From positions 800,001 to 864,000 of the forward strand of contig OZ219787.1 in the NCBI GenBank assembly GCA_964291285.2: 64,000 nt of DNA, written 5' to 3'. The position numbers and the translations under genes are program-made. How positions within the stretch are numbered: the first letter of the stretch is position 1; the number at the start of each line of letters is the position of its first letter. Under the pieces are notes generated by a model. The model saw nothing but the letters and a program-made list of their open reading frames with translations, was not told where the DNA came from and did no database searches. Origin of the DNA: Alphaproteobacteria bacterium (GTDB lineage: Bacteria; Pseudomonadota; Alphaproteobacteria; Bin95). Below, piece after piece: positions 39,794-50,545 of the stretch.

Positions 39794-40276
39794 ATGAACC
39801 ATGACAGCTACACCGACGCCTATCTCAAGGGCGTGCTGGAGAGTGTGCGGACCATCGCGATGGCGGGCGCCAGCCCCCACTGGAACCGGCCGAGCTACTT
39901 CGTGATGAAATACCTCCAGGCGAAGGGCTTCCGCGTGCATCCCGTCAATCCGGTCGCGGCCGGCGAGACCATACTGGGCGAGACCTGCTACGCCGACCTC
40001 GGCGACCTGCCGGAGCCGGTCGACATGGTCGATATCTTCCGCAATTCCGAGGCCGCCGGCCCGCTTGCCGACCAGGCGGTCGAGATCGGCGCGAAGGTGG
40101 TCTGGATGCAGCTGACCGTGCGCAATGACGCGGCCGCCGAGCGCGCCGAGGCGGCGGGGCTCACCGTGGTGATGAACCGCTGCCCCAAGATCGAATATGC
40201 CCGCCTCTTCGGCGAGCTTTCCTGGAACGGCTTCAACTCGCGGCGCATCTCCTCGAAGCGCCGCCGGATCGCCTGA
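39794..40276 (+). CDS. CoA-binding protein (YccU-like)
   Basis: 'IAMAGAS...RPSYFVMKYL', 'DMVDIFR', 'VWMQL', 'NRCPKIE'. Confidence 0.9.
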   Translation: MNHDSYTDAYLKGVLESVRTIAMAGASPHWNRPSYFVMKYLQAKGFRVHPVNPVAAGETILGETCYADLGDLPEPVDMVDIFRNSEAAGPLADQAVEIGAKVVWMQLTVRNDAAAERAEAAGLTVVMNRCPKIEYARLFGELSWNGFNSRRISSKRRRIA

Positions 40277-40277
40277 C

Positions 40278-41561
40278 ATGAGCGAAAACGAACCGCCTTT
40301 CGGCTTTGAGACCCTGGCCATCCACGCCGGCGCGGGGCCGGACCCCGCGACAGGCGCGCGCTCGACGCCGATCTACCAGACGACCTCCTACGTGTTCGAC
40401 GATGTCGATCACGCCGCCTCACTCTTCAACCTCCAGACCTACGGCTTCATCTATTCTCGCCTGACCAACCCGACGGTCTCCGTGCTGGAGGAGCGGGTTG
40501 CGGCGCTCGAAGGCGGCAAGGGCGGCACGGCCACGGCCTCCGGGCATGCCGCGCAGATGCTGGCGCTGTTCCCGCTCATGCAGCCGGGCTCGCACCTGCT
40601 GGCGTCGAACAAGCTCTACGGCGGCTCCGTCACCCAGTTCACGCGCACCTTCGCCAAGTTCGGCTGGCAGGCCTCGCTGATCGATTTCGACGACCTCGAC
40701 GCGGTGCGGGCGGCCATATGCCCGGAAACGCGGGTCGTGTTCTGCGAGTCGCTCGCCAATCCGGGCGGCATCGTCAGCGACATGGAGGCGCTCGCGGACA
40801 TCGCGCATGAGGCGGGCATCCCGCTGATGGTGGACAACACCATGGCCACGCCCTTCCTCTGCCGCCCGTTCGAGTGGGGCGCGGACCTCATCGTGCATTC
40901 GATGACCAAGTTCCTCTCCGGCCACGGCAACGCGATGGGCGGCATGGTGGTGGACAGCGGCGGCTTCGACTGGGGGCAGAACGACAAGTTCCCCTCCATG
41001 ACGGAGCCGGAGGGCGCCTATCACGGCCTGCGCTTCTGGGAGACCTTCGGCGACCTCGGCTACACCGTGCACTGTCATGCGGTGGGCCTGCGCGACCTCG
41101 GCGCAACCATGGCGCCGCTCAACGCCTTCCTGGCGATCACCGGCATCGAGACCCTGCCGCTGCGTATGGCCCGGCACAGCGAAAACGGGCTGGAAGTGGC
41201 GCGCTACCTCTCCGGCCATCCGGCCGTCGCCTGGGTCTCCTATGCGGGGCTCGACGACAACCCTTACAAGCCGCTCGCCGACAAGTATCTGAAGGGCTCG
41301 GGCGGCTCGGTGTTCACCTTCGGCCTCAAGGGCGGCTACGAGGCGGGCGTGAAGCTGGTGGAAGGCGTCGAGTTGCTGAGCCATCTCGCCAACATCGGCG
41401 ACACGCGCTCACTCATCATCCATCCCCGCTCAACCACCCACCGCCAGCTCTCCGAAGAACAGGCGGCCGCTGCCGGCGCGGGCGACGAGGTGGTGCGCCT
41501 CTCCGTCGGCCTGGAAACCGCCGCCGACATCATCGCCGACCTGGAGCAGGCGCTGGGCTGA
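40278..41561 (+). CDS. metY: O-acetylhomoserine aminocarboxypropyltransferase / sulfhydrylase
   Basis: 'PIYQTTSYVF', 'YSRLTNPT', PLP Lys 'HSMTKF', 'HLANIGDTRSLIIHP'. Confidence 0.9.
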   Translation: MSENEPPFGFETLAIHAGAGPDPATGARSTPIYQTTSYVFDDVDHAASLFNLQTYGFIYSRLTNPTVSVLEERVAALEGGKGGTATASGHAAQMLALFPLMQPGSHLLASNKLYGGSVTQFTRTFAKFGWQASLIDFDDLDAVRAAICPETRVVFCESLANPGGIVSDMEALADIAHEAGIPLMVDNTMATPFLCRPFEWGADLIVHSMTKFLSGHGNAMGGMVVDSGGFDWGQNDKFPSMTEPEGAYHGLRFWETFGDLGYTVHCHAVGLRDLGATMAPLNAFLAITGIETLPLRMARHSENGLEVARYLSGHPAVAWVSYAGLDDNPYKPLADKYLKGSGGSVFTFGLKGGYEAGVKLVEGVELLSHLANIGDTRSLIIHPRSTTHRQLSEEQAAAAGAGDEVVRLSVGLETAADIIADLEQALG

Positions 41562-41572
41562 AGCCGGCCGGG

Positions 41573-42730
41573 CTATTCGTCCGGCGGTTCCGCCTGCAGC
41601 GCCGCGCCGGACGCAATCAGGGCGTCGATCTCCTCCCTGTCCAGCCCCCAGTCGGCGAGCGCGGCGCGCGTGTCTTCGCCGGGGGCGGGCGGCGGGCGGG
41701 AGAGCGCGCCGGGTGTGCGGGAGAAGCGCGGCGCAGGGCCGGACTGGCGGATGCCGCGGCTGGCGGCGAGCGCGCCCCGCGCCGCCATATGCGGGTGGGC
41801 CGGTGCTTCCTCCAGGGTCAGCACCGGGGCGAAACAGGCGTCGGTGCCTTCCAGCAGCGCGCACCATTCCTCGCGCGTTTTCGTGAGGAAGAGCCGTTGG
41901 AAGCGTTCGGTCAATTCCGGCCAGCGGGACCGGTCCATGCGCTTCGGCAGCGCCTCGCCGTCAAGACCCGTCAGGCGCAGGAAGGCGTCGTAGAACTCGG
42001 GCTCGATGGCGCCGAGCGCCACCCACCTGCCGTCCCTTGTCTCGTAGCAGCGGTAGAAGGGCGCGCCGCCGTCGATCAGGTTCGCCTCGCGCTCGTCCCG
42101 CCACCAGCCGGCGGCCAGCAGCCCCTGCACGAAGGTCATCAGCGAGGCCGCGCCGTCGACCATGGCGGCATCGACGACCTGCCCCTTTCCGGAGGTTCCG
42201 CGCTCGAACAGCGCCGCCAGGATGCCGAAGGCGGCATAGAGCGCGCCGCCGCCAAAATCGCCGGCGAGATTGAGCGGCGGCACGGGCGGGCCGGATGCAG
42301 GGCCGATGGCGTGGAGCGCGCCCGTCAGCGCCAGATAGTTGAGGTCGTGGCCCGCCGCCCCGGCAAGCGGCCCCTCCTGCCCCCAGCCGGTCAGCCGCGC
42401 ATAGACGAGCTTCGGATTGCGGGCGAGCACGGGTTCCGGCCCGAGGCCGAGCCGCTCCATCACGCCCGGCCGGAAGCCCTCAAGCAGCACGTCGGCCCTT
42501 TCCGCCAGCGCGAGCACGGCCTCGACGGCGCGGGGCCGCTTGAGGTCGAGCGCGGCCGAGCGCCGGCCCCGGTTCAGCAGGTCGGTGCGGGCATGGACGC
42601 GGTAGCGCGCCCGCACCCGGTCGACGCGCAGCACGTCGGCCCCCATGTCCGCCAGCAGCATGGCGCAATGCGGCCCCGGCCCGACGCCCGCGATTTCCAG
42701 CACCCTGAGCCCGGCGAGGGGACCGGTCAT
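41573..42730 (-). CDS. CaiB/BaiF family CoA-transferase (alpha-methylacyl-CoA racemase-like)
   Basis: 'LADMGADV', 'EGFRPGVMERLGLG', 'GHDLNYLA', 'GDFGGG'. Confidence 0.92.
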   Translation of the reverse strand: MTGPLAGLRVLEIAGVGPGPHCAMLLADMGADVLRVDRVRARYRVHARTDLLNRGRRSAALDLKRPRAVEAVLALAERADVLLEGFRPGVMERLGLGPEPVLARNPKLVYARLTGWGQEGPLAGAAGHDLNYLALTGALHAIGPASGPPVPPLNLAGDFGGGALYAAFGILAALFERGTSGKGQVVDAAMVDGAASLMTFVQGLLAAGWWRDEREANLIDGGAPFYRCYETRDGRWVALGAIEPEFYDAFLRLTGLDGEALPKRMDRSRWPELTERFQRLFLTKTREEWCALLEGTDACFAPVLTLEEAPAHPHMAARGALAASRGIRQSGPAPRFSRTPGALSRPPPAPGEDTRAALADWGLDREEIDALIASGAALQAEPPDE

Positions 42731-42742
42731 GCGACGGTTCCG

Positions 42743-43225
42743 CTACGGCTCGGCACGGGTCCTGAAAAGCACATATACGGCGAACGCCCGGCGGTGTTTT
42801 GCGCGGACGGCCTGGAACCCTTCAATGATTGCCCTTGCCGCCGCAATCTCCCTCTGGACTTCATGTTTGGAGAATCTGGCAGACGGGTCGTAGTCCGCCA
42901 GATGGCGCTTTTCCTGCAACGCCACAAAGGCGTTGGCGAAATTCTCGATTTCCCGGGGAAACTTCGATATGAAGCTCTTGTTCTTGCAATTGCTCCTGGC
43001 AAGGCCGTGCTCAAGTGCGCGATATGCCTGCCGCCATGCAGGCTTGCTCCTGTCAGCGTTCGGGCCGCCGACAAAACTGTTGGCGCAACAACTCGCAAGA
43101 CAGTGGAACATCGCATAGTAAGCGGTGCTCACCGCTCTGCGTAGATTGGACTGGCGCGGCCTCGTATTCCCTGCCGCCCCCGAAACCAGATCGTCGGCAG
43201 TATTCAGCAGGTCATCCCACTGCAT
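42743..43225 (-). CDS. HEPN-domain protein
   Basis: 'LRRAVSTAYYAMFH' and 'RHLADY'. Confidence 0.75.
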   Translation of the reverse strand: MQWDDLLNTADDLVSGAAGNTRPRQSNLRRAVSTAYYAMFHCLASCCANSFVGGPNADRSKPAWRQAYRALEHGLARSNCKNKSFISKFPREIENFANAFVALQEKRHLADYDPSARFSKHEVQREIAAARAIIEGFQAVRAKHRRAFAVYVLFRTRAEP

Positions 43226-43508
43226 TCTTTACCGTCTTCATGTCGGCACTGGAAATGTAGGACATTACCGGAAAGGCATCGTCCGCGAGTTCATCCAGCA
43301 AACGGGTCCGCATAGGCCGCACGACCTCGTACGCCAGAGTTGCATCGAACTGGTCGTCCGCGCCGTTGAATACGGCATAGATGCGCAGGATTTCGTCGCC
43401 CTGCCAGCCAAGGGCGCGAACGATATGCACGTCGCCGATCCGGCCGGCGCCGAAGACATCCTCCAGGACCGTGCGAACGATACGCTCCACCTTCCGTTCG
43501 TCGGCCAC
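43212..43508 (-). CDS. Small protein upstream of and overlapping the HEPN gene (putative antitoxin-like partner)
   Basis: GTG start 7 nt after AGGAG; 98 aa; overlaps the HEPN start. Confidence 0.6.
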   Translation of the reverse strand: MADERKVERIVRTVLEDVFGAGRIGDVHIVRALGWQGDEILRIYAVFNGADDQFDATLAYEVVRPMRTRLLDELADDAFPVMSYISSADMKTVKNAVG

Positions 43509-43592
43509 GATCACGCTCCTTCCCCGGAACCTGCGGGCGCAGCCGGGGCAACGCCGCACCGGCTCGAATGTGGTGCGGCGGCGGACTCCCTG

Positions 43593-45893
43593 TCAAGCGC
43601 CGGCCGGCGTCCCCGATGCGCTCATGGCGGCGATGTCGGGCGGGTCGAAGGCGGTGACGGGCGGCGGCTCGCCCTCGAAGCGCTCCACCTCGACCAGCGC
43701 GCTCATCGCGCTCGGACCCTGGCCGAGTTTCGAGGTGCCGCGGTCGGCGGTCAGCACATTGGGGTTGCCGTGCTTGTCGAGGCTGTCCGGCTGCGCGGGA
43801 TCGGCCGGGTCGTACCAGGCTCCGGTCGCGAGCACGGCCACGCCGGGCGCGACCTCGCCGCTCAGCACCGCGCCGGCGAGCAGCGCCCCGCGCCCGTTGA
43901 ACACGCGCACCACGTCGCCGTCGGCAATGCCCCGCGCCGCCGCGTCCGCCGGATTGAGCCGGACCGGCTCGCGGCCCTGCACCTTGCTCGCCTGCGAGAC
44001 GCGGCCCTGGTCGAGCTGCGCGTGGAGGCGCGTCGCCGGCTGGTTCGAGATCAGGTGCAGCGGCCATTGCCGTGCAGCCTCGGCGCCCAGCCATTCCTTC
44101 GGCGGCAGCCAGGCGGGGTAGCCGGGGCAGTCCTCATAGCCGAAGCCCGCCACATGAGCGGAATAGAGCTCGATCCTGCCCGAAGGCGTCGCGAGGCGCT
44201 CCTCGCCCCTGCGGAAGCCCTCGAACAGCACGCGCGGCCTCTCCGGCCGCGGCAGTTCCACATGCCCCTCGGCCCAGAAGGCGTCGAAGTCCGGCAGGTT
44301 GAGCCCGCGTTCGGCCGCCCGCCCGCAGGCCTCGTCATAGATGCGGCGCAGCCACGCCATCTCGCCGAGCCCCTCGGTGAAGCGCTCGCGGAAGCCCAGC
44401 CGGTCGGCGATGTCGGCGAAGACGTCATGGTCGTTGCGCGCCCGGCCCACCGGGTCGATGGCGCGGTGCATGGCGAGCCAGAAGCGGTCCCGCCGGCCGG
44501 CGGCGATGTCGTTGCGCTCCAGGGTCGTGGTCGCCGGCACGACGATGTCGGCATGGCGCGCGGTCGCCGTCCACCAGGGGTCGTGGACGATGACCGTCTC
44601 CGGGCGGCGGAAGGCGCGCACGAGCCGGTTGATGTCCTGGTGGTGGTGGAACGGGTTGCCGCCCGCCCAATAGACGAGGCGCGTGTCCGGGTAGCGCCGC
44701 CGCTCGCCGTCGAAATCGTAGGCCCCGCCCGGATCGAGCAGCATGTCGGCGATGCGCGAGACGGGGATGAAGTCCTCCACCGGGTTCGGCCCGATGGGGA
44801 AGGTCGGCCCGGTAATGCCGTGGCGCGGCGCGCCGATGCCGGAGACGCACCCGTAGCCGAAGCCGAAGCCGCCGCCCGGCAGGCCGATCTGGCCGAGGCA
44901 GGCCGCGAGCGCCACCGTGGCCCAGAAGGGCTGCTCGCCATGGTCGCCGCGCTGCAGGGCCCAGGCGGTGGAGATCATGGTGCGCGCGGCCGCCATCTCG
45001 CGGGCGAGCGAGCGGATGCGCGCCGCCGGCACGCCGGTAATCCCCTCGGCCCATTCCGGCGTCTTTCCTTCCAGCGAGGCCTCGAACGCCGCCGCGCCCG
45101 TGCAGCAGCGCTCCAGGAACGCCCGGTCGGCCAGCCCCTCCGACAGCAGCACCCGGCAGAGCGCCAGCATCATGGCGGTGTCGGTGCCGGGGCGGATCGG
45201 GATCCACTCGCCTTCGACATCGGGCGGCAGGTCGCCGCCGAAGGGCGAGACGGCGATGAAGCGCGCGCCGCGCCCGGCCGCCTCGCGGATGAAGCCCGCC
45301 GCCGCATGTTCGCCATTGCCGCCGGAATCGACCTGCGTGTTCTTCACCGGCAGGCCGCCGAAGGAGACCATCAGCCCGGTGTTCTCGACGATGGAGGGCC
45401 AGTCGGTGACGGGGCCCGCCGCCGCCTCGACGCCGCCCAGTATATGCGGCAGCACGGCGAGGCCTGCCGCGTAGCTGTAATTGTACCGCTGGTTGGTGAA
45501 GCCGCCGGCCATGCCGAGGAAGCGCTGCAGCTGGCTCTTGGCATGGTGGAAGCGCCCGGCGCTCGCCCAGCCGTAGGAGCCGCCGAAGACCGAGGCGTTG
45601 CCGAAGTCGCGGCCGACGCGCGCGACCTCGTCCGCGATGAGATCGACCGCCCGGTCCCAGTCGAGCGGCACGAAGGCATCGCGCCCGCGGCCCTCTCCGC
45701 CGTCGCCGTCGAGCCAGCCGCGCCGCGCCACCGGCCCGGCGATGCGCGAGGCGTGATGCACGGCGTCCGGGATCGAGGCGACGATGGGAGACGGCTCGGG
45801 GTCCTTGGCGAAGGGTAGCGCGGCGGCGACGCGCCCCTCCGCCGTCTCGGCCCGGAAGGCGCCCCAGTGGGAGCCGTGGTGGAAGACCGCCAC
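43593..45893 (-). CDS. Molybdopterin oxidoreductase (BisC/TorZ-like, no Tat signal seen)
   Basis: 'SHWGAF', 'GGSYGWASAGRFHHA', 'WAGGNPFHHHQD', 'RLHAQLD'. Confidence 0.92.
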   Translation of the reverse strand: MAVFHHGSHWGAFRAETAEGRVAAALPFAKDPEPSPIVASIPDAVHHASRIAGPVARRGWLDGDGGEGRGRDAFVPLDWDRAVDLIADEVARVGRDFGNASVFGGSYGWASAGRFHHAKSQLQRFLGMAGGFTNQRYNYSYAAGLAVLPHILGGVEAAAGPVTDWPSIVENTGLMVSFGGLPVKNTQVDSGGNGEHAAAGFIREAAGRGARFIAVSPFGGDLPPDVEGEWIPIRPGTDTAMMLALCRVLLSEGLADRAFLERCCTGAAAFEASLEGKTPEWAEGITGVPAARIRSLAREMAAARTMISTAWALQRGDHGEQPFWATVALAACLGQIGLPGGGFGFGYGCVSGIGAPRHGITGPTFPIGPNPVEDFIPVSRIADMLLDPGGAYDFDGERRRYPDTRLVYWAGGNPFHHHQDINRLVRAFRRPETVIVHDPWWTATARHADIVVPATTTLERNDIAAGRRDRFWLAMHRAIDPVGRARNDHDVFADIADRLGFRERFTEGLGEMAWLRRIYDEACGRAAERGLNLPDFDAFWAEGHVELPRPERPRVLFEGFRRGEERLATPSGRIELYSAHVAGFGYEDCPGYPAWLPPKEWLGAEAARQWPLHLISNQPATRLHAQLDQGRVSQASKVQGREPVRLNPADAAARGIADGDVVRVFNGRGALLAGAVLSGEVAPGVAVLATGAWYDPADPAQPDSLDKHGNPNVLTADRGTSKLGQGPSAMSALVEVERFEGEPPPVTAFDPPDIAAMSASGTPAGA

Positions 45894-45897
45894 CGCG

Positions 45898-47103
45898 CTA
45901 CAGCCCCAGCACGTGCTTGGCGACGATATTGCGCTGGATCTCGTTCGACCCGCCATAGATCGTGGCGGCGCGCTTCAGCAGGTGCTCGCTCATCAGCCCG
46001 ACGGCGCGGTCGGCGACCGGCGGCTCCTCATTGGTGTCGAGGCGCGTCCATTCCAGCGAATAGGGGATCGCATCGACGCCGACCGCCTCGATCAGCAGTT
46101 CGTTGAGCGCCTGCTCGATCTCCGTGCCGCAGATCTTGAGGATCGAGGCTTCCGGGCCGACGCCGCCGCCCTTCTCCTCGGCCGCCAGCGTGCGCAAATT
46201 GACGATCTCCAGCGCGCCGAGCCTTGCCTCCACTTCGCCGAGGCGGGCGCGGAACTCCGGGTCGTCGGCGAGCGCGCCGCCGTCCGTGCCGGTCTCGACG
46301 GAGGCGACCTCCTTCAGCCGCTCGACCTTCATGCGCGACTTGGAGACGCCGGCGACGCCCGCGCGCTCGTTGCCCAGCAGGAACTTGGCGTAGGTCCAGC
46401 CCCTGTTCTCCTCACCGACCCGGTTCGACACCGGCACGCGCACATCGGTGAAGAACACCTGGTTGAGATAATGCCCGCCGTCCATGGAGACGATCGGGCG
46501 TACCTCGATGCCGGGCGTCTTCATGTCGATCAGCAGGAAGGAGATGCCCTGCTGGTGCTTCGCGGCTTCCGTGTCCGTGCGGACCAGCGCGAAGATCCAG
46601 TCGGCATGGTGCGCGCCGCTGGTCCAGATCTTGGAGCCGTTGACGACATACTCGTCGCCGTCCTGCACGGCCCGCGTCCTGAGCGAGGCGAGGTCGGAGC
46701 CCGAACCCGGCTCCGAGTAGCCCTGGCACCAGAAGACGTCGCTCTTCAGGATCGCCGGCAGGTGTTCGGCCTTCTGCGCCTCGCTGCCGAAGGTGTAGAT
46801 CACCGGCCCCACCATCATGATGCCGAAGGGCGAGAGCCGGGGTGCGTAATGGCGCTGGTAGGCTTCCTCGAAGATGAACTTCTGCGTCGGCGTCCAGCCG
46901 GTGCCGCCATGCTCCTCCGGCCAGTTGGGCGCGATCCAGCCCCGGTCGTAGAGCGCCTTCTGCCAGCGCCGCATGTCCTCCTTGGAGACATAGGAGGGGT
47001 TGCGCCTGACCTGCTCGGAGAGCCGCGGCTCCAGGTTGGCTTCGAAGAACACCTCGACCTCCTCGGCGAAGGCGCGTTCCCCGGCGGTGAATTCGAGCTG
47101 CAT
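45898..47103 (-). CDS. Acyl-CoA dehydrogenase
   Basis: 'WCQGYSEPGSGSDLASL', 'NGSKIWTS', 'TIYGGSNEIQRNI'. Confidence 0.94.
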   Translation of the reverse strand: MQLEFTAGERAFAEEVEVFFEANLEPRLSEQVRRNPSYVSKEDMRRWQKALYDRGWIAPNWPEEHGGTGWTPTQKFIFEEAYQRHYAPRLSPFGIMMVGPVIYTFGSEAQKAEHLPAILKSDVFWCQGYSEPGSGSDLASLRTRAVQDGDEYVVNGSKIWTSGAHHADWIFALVRTDTEAAKHQQGISFLLIDMKTPGIEVRPIVSMDGGHYLNQVFFTDVRVPVSNRVGEENRGWTYAKFLLGNERAGVAGVSKSRMKVERLKEVASVETGTDGGALADDPEFRARLGEVEARLGALEIVNLRTLAAEEKGGGVGPEASILKICGTEIEQALNELLIEAVGVDAIPYSLEWTRLDTNEEPPVADRAVGLMSEHLLKRAATIYGGSNEIQRNIVAKHVLGL

Positions 47104-47119
47104 GGAAGGAGGCTCCCGA

Positions 47120-47896
47120 TTACGGAAAGACCGGCTCGCGCCGGTTCTGGAAGGCGTCGAGCCCCTCGGCCACGTCGCTGTGCTGGAGGGCTGCCACGAC
47201 CGCGCCGCGCTCCAGCGCGAGGCCCATGTCGAGCGGCCCTTCTAGGCCGCGCCGCGCCATGCCCTTCATGAAGGCGAGGCCGTGGCGGCTCCTGGCGGCG
47301 AGGCCGGCGCAGTAGGCGCGGGCGCGGTCGTCCAGCTCCGCGTCCGGCACGACATGGTTGAAGAGGCCCCAGCGCTCCGCCTCGGGCGCGTCGAGCCAGC
47401 GGGCGGTGAACATGAGGTCGAGCGCCCGGCGCAGCCCGACGAGGCGGGCGAGGCGCTGCGTGCCCCCGCCGCCCGGCGGCAGGCCGTAGCGCGCATGCTG
47501 GCAGCCGATGCGCGCGCTCTCGGCGGCGAACACCGTGTCGCAGGCGACGACGATCTCCATGCCGCCGGCGAGCGCGAGGCCCTGCACCGCCGCCACCACC
47601 GGCAGCGGCGAGTCCTCGAAGCGTCGCGTCGCCTCGTGGATGGCGCCGATGAAGGGCGTGAGCGTCTCGGCGGACTTGCGCCGGTCGAGCACCTCGTCGA
47701 GGTCGGCGCCGGTGCAGAACTGCCGGCCGTTCGCGTTCAGCAGCACGGCGCGCACCGCCGGGTCGGCCTCGAACCGGTCCATGCCGGCGATGAGGCCGTC
47801 CAGCAGCCCGGTCGAGATGCAGTTGAACCTGTCCGGCCGGTTGAGGGTCAGCACCCCCACCCCGCCGTCAACCGAAACCAGCACAGCGTCCGTCAT
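47120..47896 (-). CDS. Enoyl-CoA hydratase/isomerase
   Basis: 'LNRPDRFN', 'FCTGADL', 'ALAGGME'. Confidence 0.9.
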   Translation of the reverse strand: MTDAVLVSVDGGVGVLTLNRPDRFNCISTGLLDGLIAGMDRFEADPAVRAVLLNANGRQFCTGADLDEVLDRRKSAETLTPFIGAIHEATRRFEDSPLPVVAAVQGLALAGGMEIVVACDTVFAAESARIGCQHARYGLPPGGGGTQRLARLVGLRRALDLMFTARWLDAPEAERWGLFNHVVPDAELDDRARAYCAGLAARSRHGLAFMKGMARRGLEGPLDMGLALERGAVVAALQHSDVAEGLDAFQNRREPVFP

Positions 47897-47923
47897 CGCC
47901 TTCTCCCCGTCGCGAACCGTTTC

Positions 47924-49237
47924 CTACAGAATGAACCGCGAGAGGTCGGCGCTTTTGGCGAGTTCGCCGACGCGCTCGCGGACTTCGCCTGCGTCGATGG
48001 TCACGCTCTCGCCGCCGCGGTCGGACGCGGTGAAGCTGATTTCCTCCAGCAGCTTCTCAAGCACGGTGTGCAGGCGGCGCGCGCCGATGTTCTCGACCTG
48101 GGCGTTGATGTCGGCAGCGAGTTCCGCCAGCGCATCCACCGCATCGTCGGTGAAGTCGAGCGTCAGGTCCTCGGTGCCCATCAGCGCCTTGTATTGCGTG
48201 ATGAGGCTCGCTTCGGGCTCGGTCAGGATGCGGCGGAAGTCCTCGCGCGTCAGCGCGTCGAGCTCGACCCGGATCGGCAGCCGGCCCTGGAGCTCGGGCA
48301 GCAGGTCCGCCGGCTTGGCGAGGTGGAAGGCGCCGGAGGCGATGAACAGGATATGGTCGGTCTTCACCGCCCCGTGCTTGGTGGCGACGGTGGTGCCCTC
48401 GATCAGCGGCAGCAGGTCGCGCTGCACGCCCTCGCGGCTGACATCCGCGCCGAGCCGGTCCGAGCGCGCGCAGATCTTGTCCACCTCGTCGATGAACACG
48501 ATGCCGTTCTGCTCGACCGCATGGATCGCGTCGCGGGTCAGCGACTCGTCGTCGAGCAGCTTGTCGCTCTCCTCGGCGATCAGCGCCTCGTAGCTCTCCG
48601 CGACCTTCATCTTGCGGGTCCTGGTGCGCCCGCCGCCCAGCGCCTTGCCGAAGATGTCGCCGAGATTGATCATGCCCATCTGCGCGCCCGGCATGCCGGG
48701 AATGTCCATGGTCGGCAGCGAGAGCCCGCCCGTGTCCTCCAGCTCCAGCTCGATCTCGCGGTCGTCGAGCTTGCCGTCGCGCAGCAGCTTGCGGAACTTC
48801 TCGCGCGTGTCGCCGGAGGCGGTCTTGCCGACCAGCGCATCGACGACCCGGTCCTCCGCCGCGCCGTGGGCCTGGGCCTGCACTTCCTTGCGCCGGCGTT
48901 CGCGCGTCAGGTGGATGGCGATTTCGACCAGGTCGCGCACGATGCTCTCGACATCGCGGCCGACATAGCCGACTTCGGTGAACTTGGTCGCCTCCACCTT
49001 CATGAACGGCGCCTGGGCGAGCCGCGCGAGCCGGCGCGCGATCTCGGTCTTGCCGACGCCGGTCGGCCCGATCATCAGTATGTTCTTCGGCAGGATTTCG
49101 TCGCGCAGCGCCTCGGGAAGCTGCTGGCGCCGCCAGCGGTTGCGCAGCGCGATGGCCACGGCGCGCTTGGCGTCGTCCTGGCCCACGATGAAGCGGTCGA
49201 GCTCGGAAACGATCTCCCGGGGGCTGAACGAGGTCAC
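47924..49237 (-). CDS. hslU: ATP-dependent protease ATPase subunit
   Basis: 'GPTGVGKTE', 'GYVGRDVES', 'NIGARRLHT', C-terminal 'SRFIL'. Confidence 0.98.
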   Translation of the reverse strand: MTSFSPREIVSELDRFIVGQDDAKRAVAIALRNRWRRQQLPEALRDEILPKNILMIGPTGVGKTEIARRLARLAQAPFMKVEATKFTEVGYVGRDVESIVRDLVEIAIHLTRERRRKEVQAQAHGAAEDRVVDALVGKTASGDTREKFRKLLRDGKLDDREIELELEDTGGLSLPTMDIPGMPGAQMGMINLGDIFGKALGGGRTRTRKMKVAESYEALIAEESDKLLDDESLTRDAIHAVEQNGIVFIDEVDKICARSDRLGADVSREGVQRDLLPLIEGTTVATKHGAVKTDHILFIASGAFHLAKPADLLPELQGRLPIRVELDALTREDFRRILTEPEASLITQYKALMGTEDLTLDFTDDAVDALAELAADINAQVENIGARRLHTVLEKLLEEISFTASDRGGESVTIDAGEVRERVGELAKSADLSRFIL

Positions 49238-49791
49238 GGCGTCTCCAGGCTCTCGATGGTCAGTTCGCTGTTGGTATAGATGCAGATGCCGGCCGCGATT
49301 TCCATGGCGCGCCTCGCCACGGCCTCGGCGTCGAAGCCGTCTATCGGATGCAGGGCCCGCGCCGCCGCCAGCGCGAAGGCCCCGCCCGAGCCGATGCCGA
49401 TCAGCCCATCCTCCGGCTCCAGCACGTCGCCATTGCCGGTCAGCACCAGCGAGACGTCCCGGTCGGCCACCGCCATCATCGCCTCCAGCCGGCGCAGATA
49501 GCGGTCCGTGCGCCAGTCCTTCGCCATCTCGACGCAGGCGCGCGCCAGCTGCCCCTTGTATTGCTCCAGCTTGCCTTCAAGCCGCTCGAAGAGAGCGAAG
49601 GCGTCGGCGGTGGCGCCGGCGAAGCCCGCGATCACCTTGCCGTCGCCGAGCGGGCGGACCTTGCGCGCATTGGCCTTGAGCACGGTGGGCCCGAGCGTCA
49701 CCTGCCCGTCGCCGGCAATCACCACGCGGCCCTGCTTGCGCACCGAAAGGATGGTGGTGCCGTGCCAGGCGGGCGTCTCTTTCTCGTCCAT
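49234..49791 (-). CDS. hslV: ATP-dependent protease peptidase subunit
   Basis: 'HGTTILSV', 'GFAGATAD', 'GIGSGG', 'ICIYTN'. Confidence 0.97.
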   Translation of the reverse strand: MDEKETPAWHGTTILSVRKQGRVVIAGDGQVTLGPTVLKANARKVRPLGDGKVIAGFAGATADAFALFERLEGKLEQYKGQLARACVEMAKDWRTDRYLRRLEAMMAVADRDVSLVLTGNGDVLEPEDGLIGIGSGGAFALAAARALHPIDGFDAEAVARRAMEIAAGICIYTNSELTIESLETP

Positions 49792-49873
49792 GGGGCCCCC
49801 GAGCCTCCGGTAAGCGCAGAGGGGGTTTAGCCCGGATGCCGCGTCCTTGTCACGGCCCGCTTTCGGATGCCGC

Positions 49874-50545
49874 CTACAGCACCTCGTCGCCGCGCGAGAC
49901 GGTTTCGCCGTAGCGGGAGAGGGAGGGCGGCCTGAGGCCGGCATAGGCGCGCTCGACGGCCTCTGCCGTGGCGCGGTTCTCGCGCTCGAACAGGCTGTTG
50001 CCGGCGAGGTCGCTCTCCACCAGCAGCGGGCCGAAGCGGGCAACCTCCAGCACCCAGACCGCCTGGGCGATGCCGAGGTCCTCCAGCCAGTGCGCCGCCT
50101 GCACCCGCGTGACGCCGCGCCCGAGCAGCGCGCCCGTGCCGTAGCCGACCGTGGTGAGATAGACCGCCCCGTTCGGCACGAAGAGCTCGCGGTAGTCGGA
50201 CTCCGACATGCCGCCCTTGCCGACGATGACCTTCGCGCCCGAAAGCTCGAAGAACCGCTCCATGAAGCGCGAGAAGCGGAAGCTCGCCGTCGCCGTCACC
50301 GCGCCGAGGTTCAGGCTGCCGTCGTCGGCCACGCTGGCCGCAGGCGAGCAGTGGAAATTGACGTTGCTGAGCGCCTTCAGATCGACCGGCGGGGCCATGC
50401 CCTCATCCACCATCCGGCGGTAGAGCCCCTCGCGGCCGGTATAGATCACGCCGTCGAGATAGACGATGTCGCCGATGGCGAGGTCCGCGAGCGCCCCGGG
50501 CGAGACGGGCGTGCTCAGGCGGTGCGTGCGAGCGGCGCCTGCCAT
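49874..50545 (-). CDS. Fe-S hydro-lyase beta subunit (fumarase C-terminal/TtdB-like)
   Basis: '[15 protein letters not shown]', 'TASFRF', 'IVGKGGM', 'FGPLLV'. Confidence 0.85.
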   Translation of the reverse strand: MAGAARTHRLSTPVSPGALADLAIGDIVYLDGVIYTGREGLYRRMVDEGMAPPVDLKALSNVNFHCSPAASVADDGSLNLGAVTATASFRFSRFMERFFELSGAKVIVGKGGMSESDYRELFVPNGAVYLTTVGYGTGALLGRGVTRVQAAHWLEDLGIAQAVWVLEVARFGPLLVESDLAGNSLFERENRATAEAVERAYAGLRPPSLSRYGETVSRGDEVL

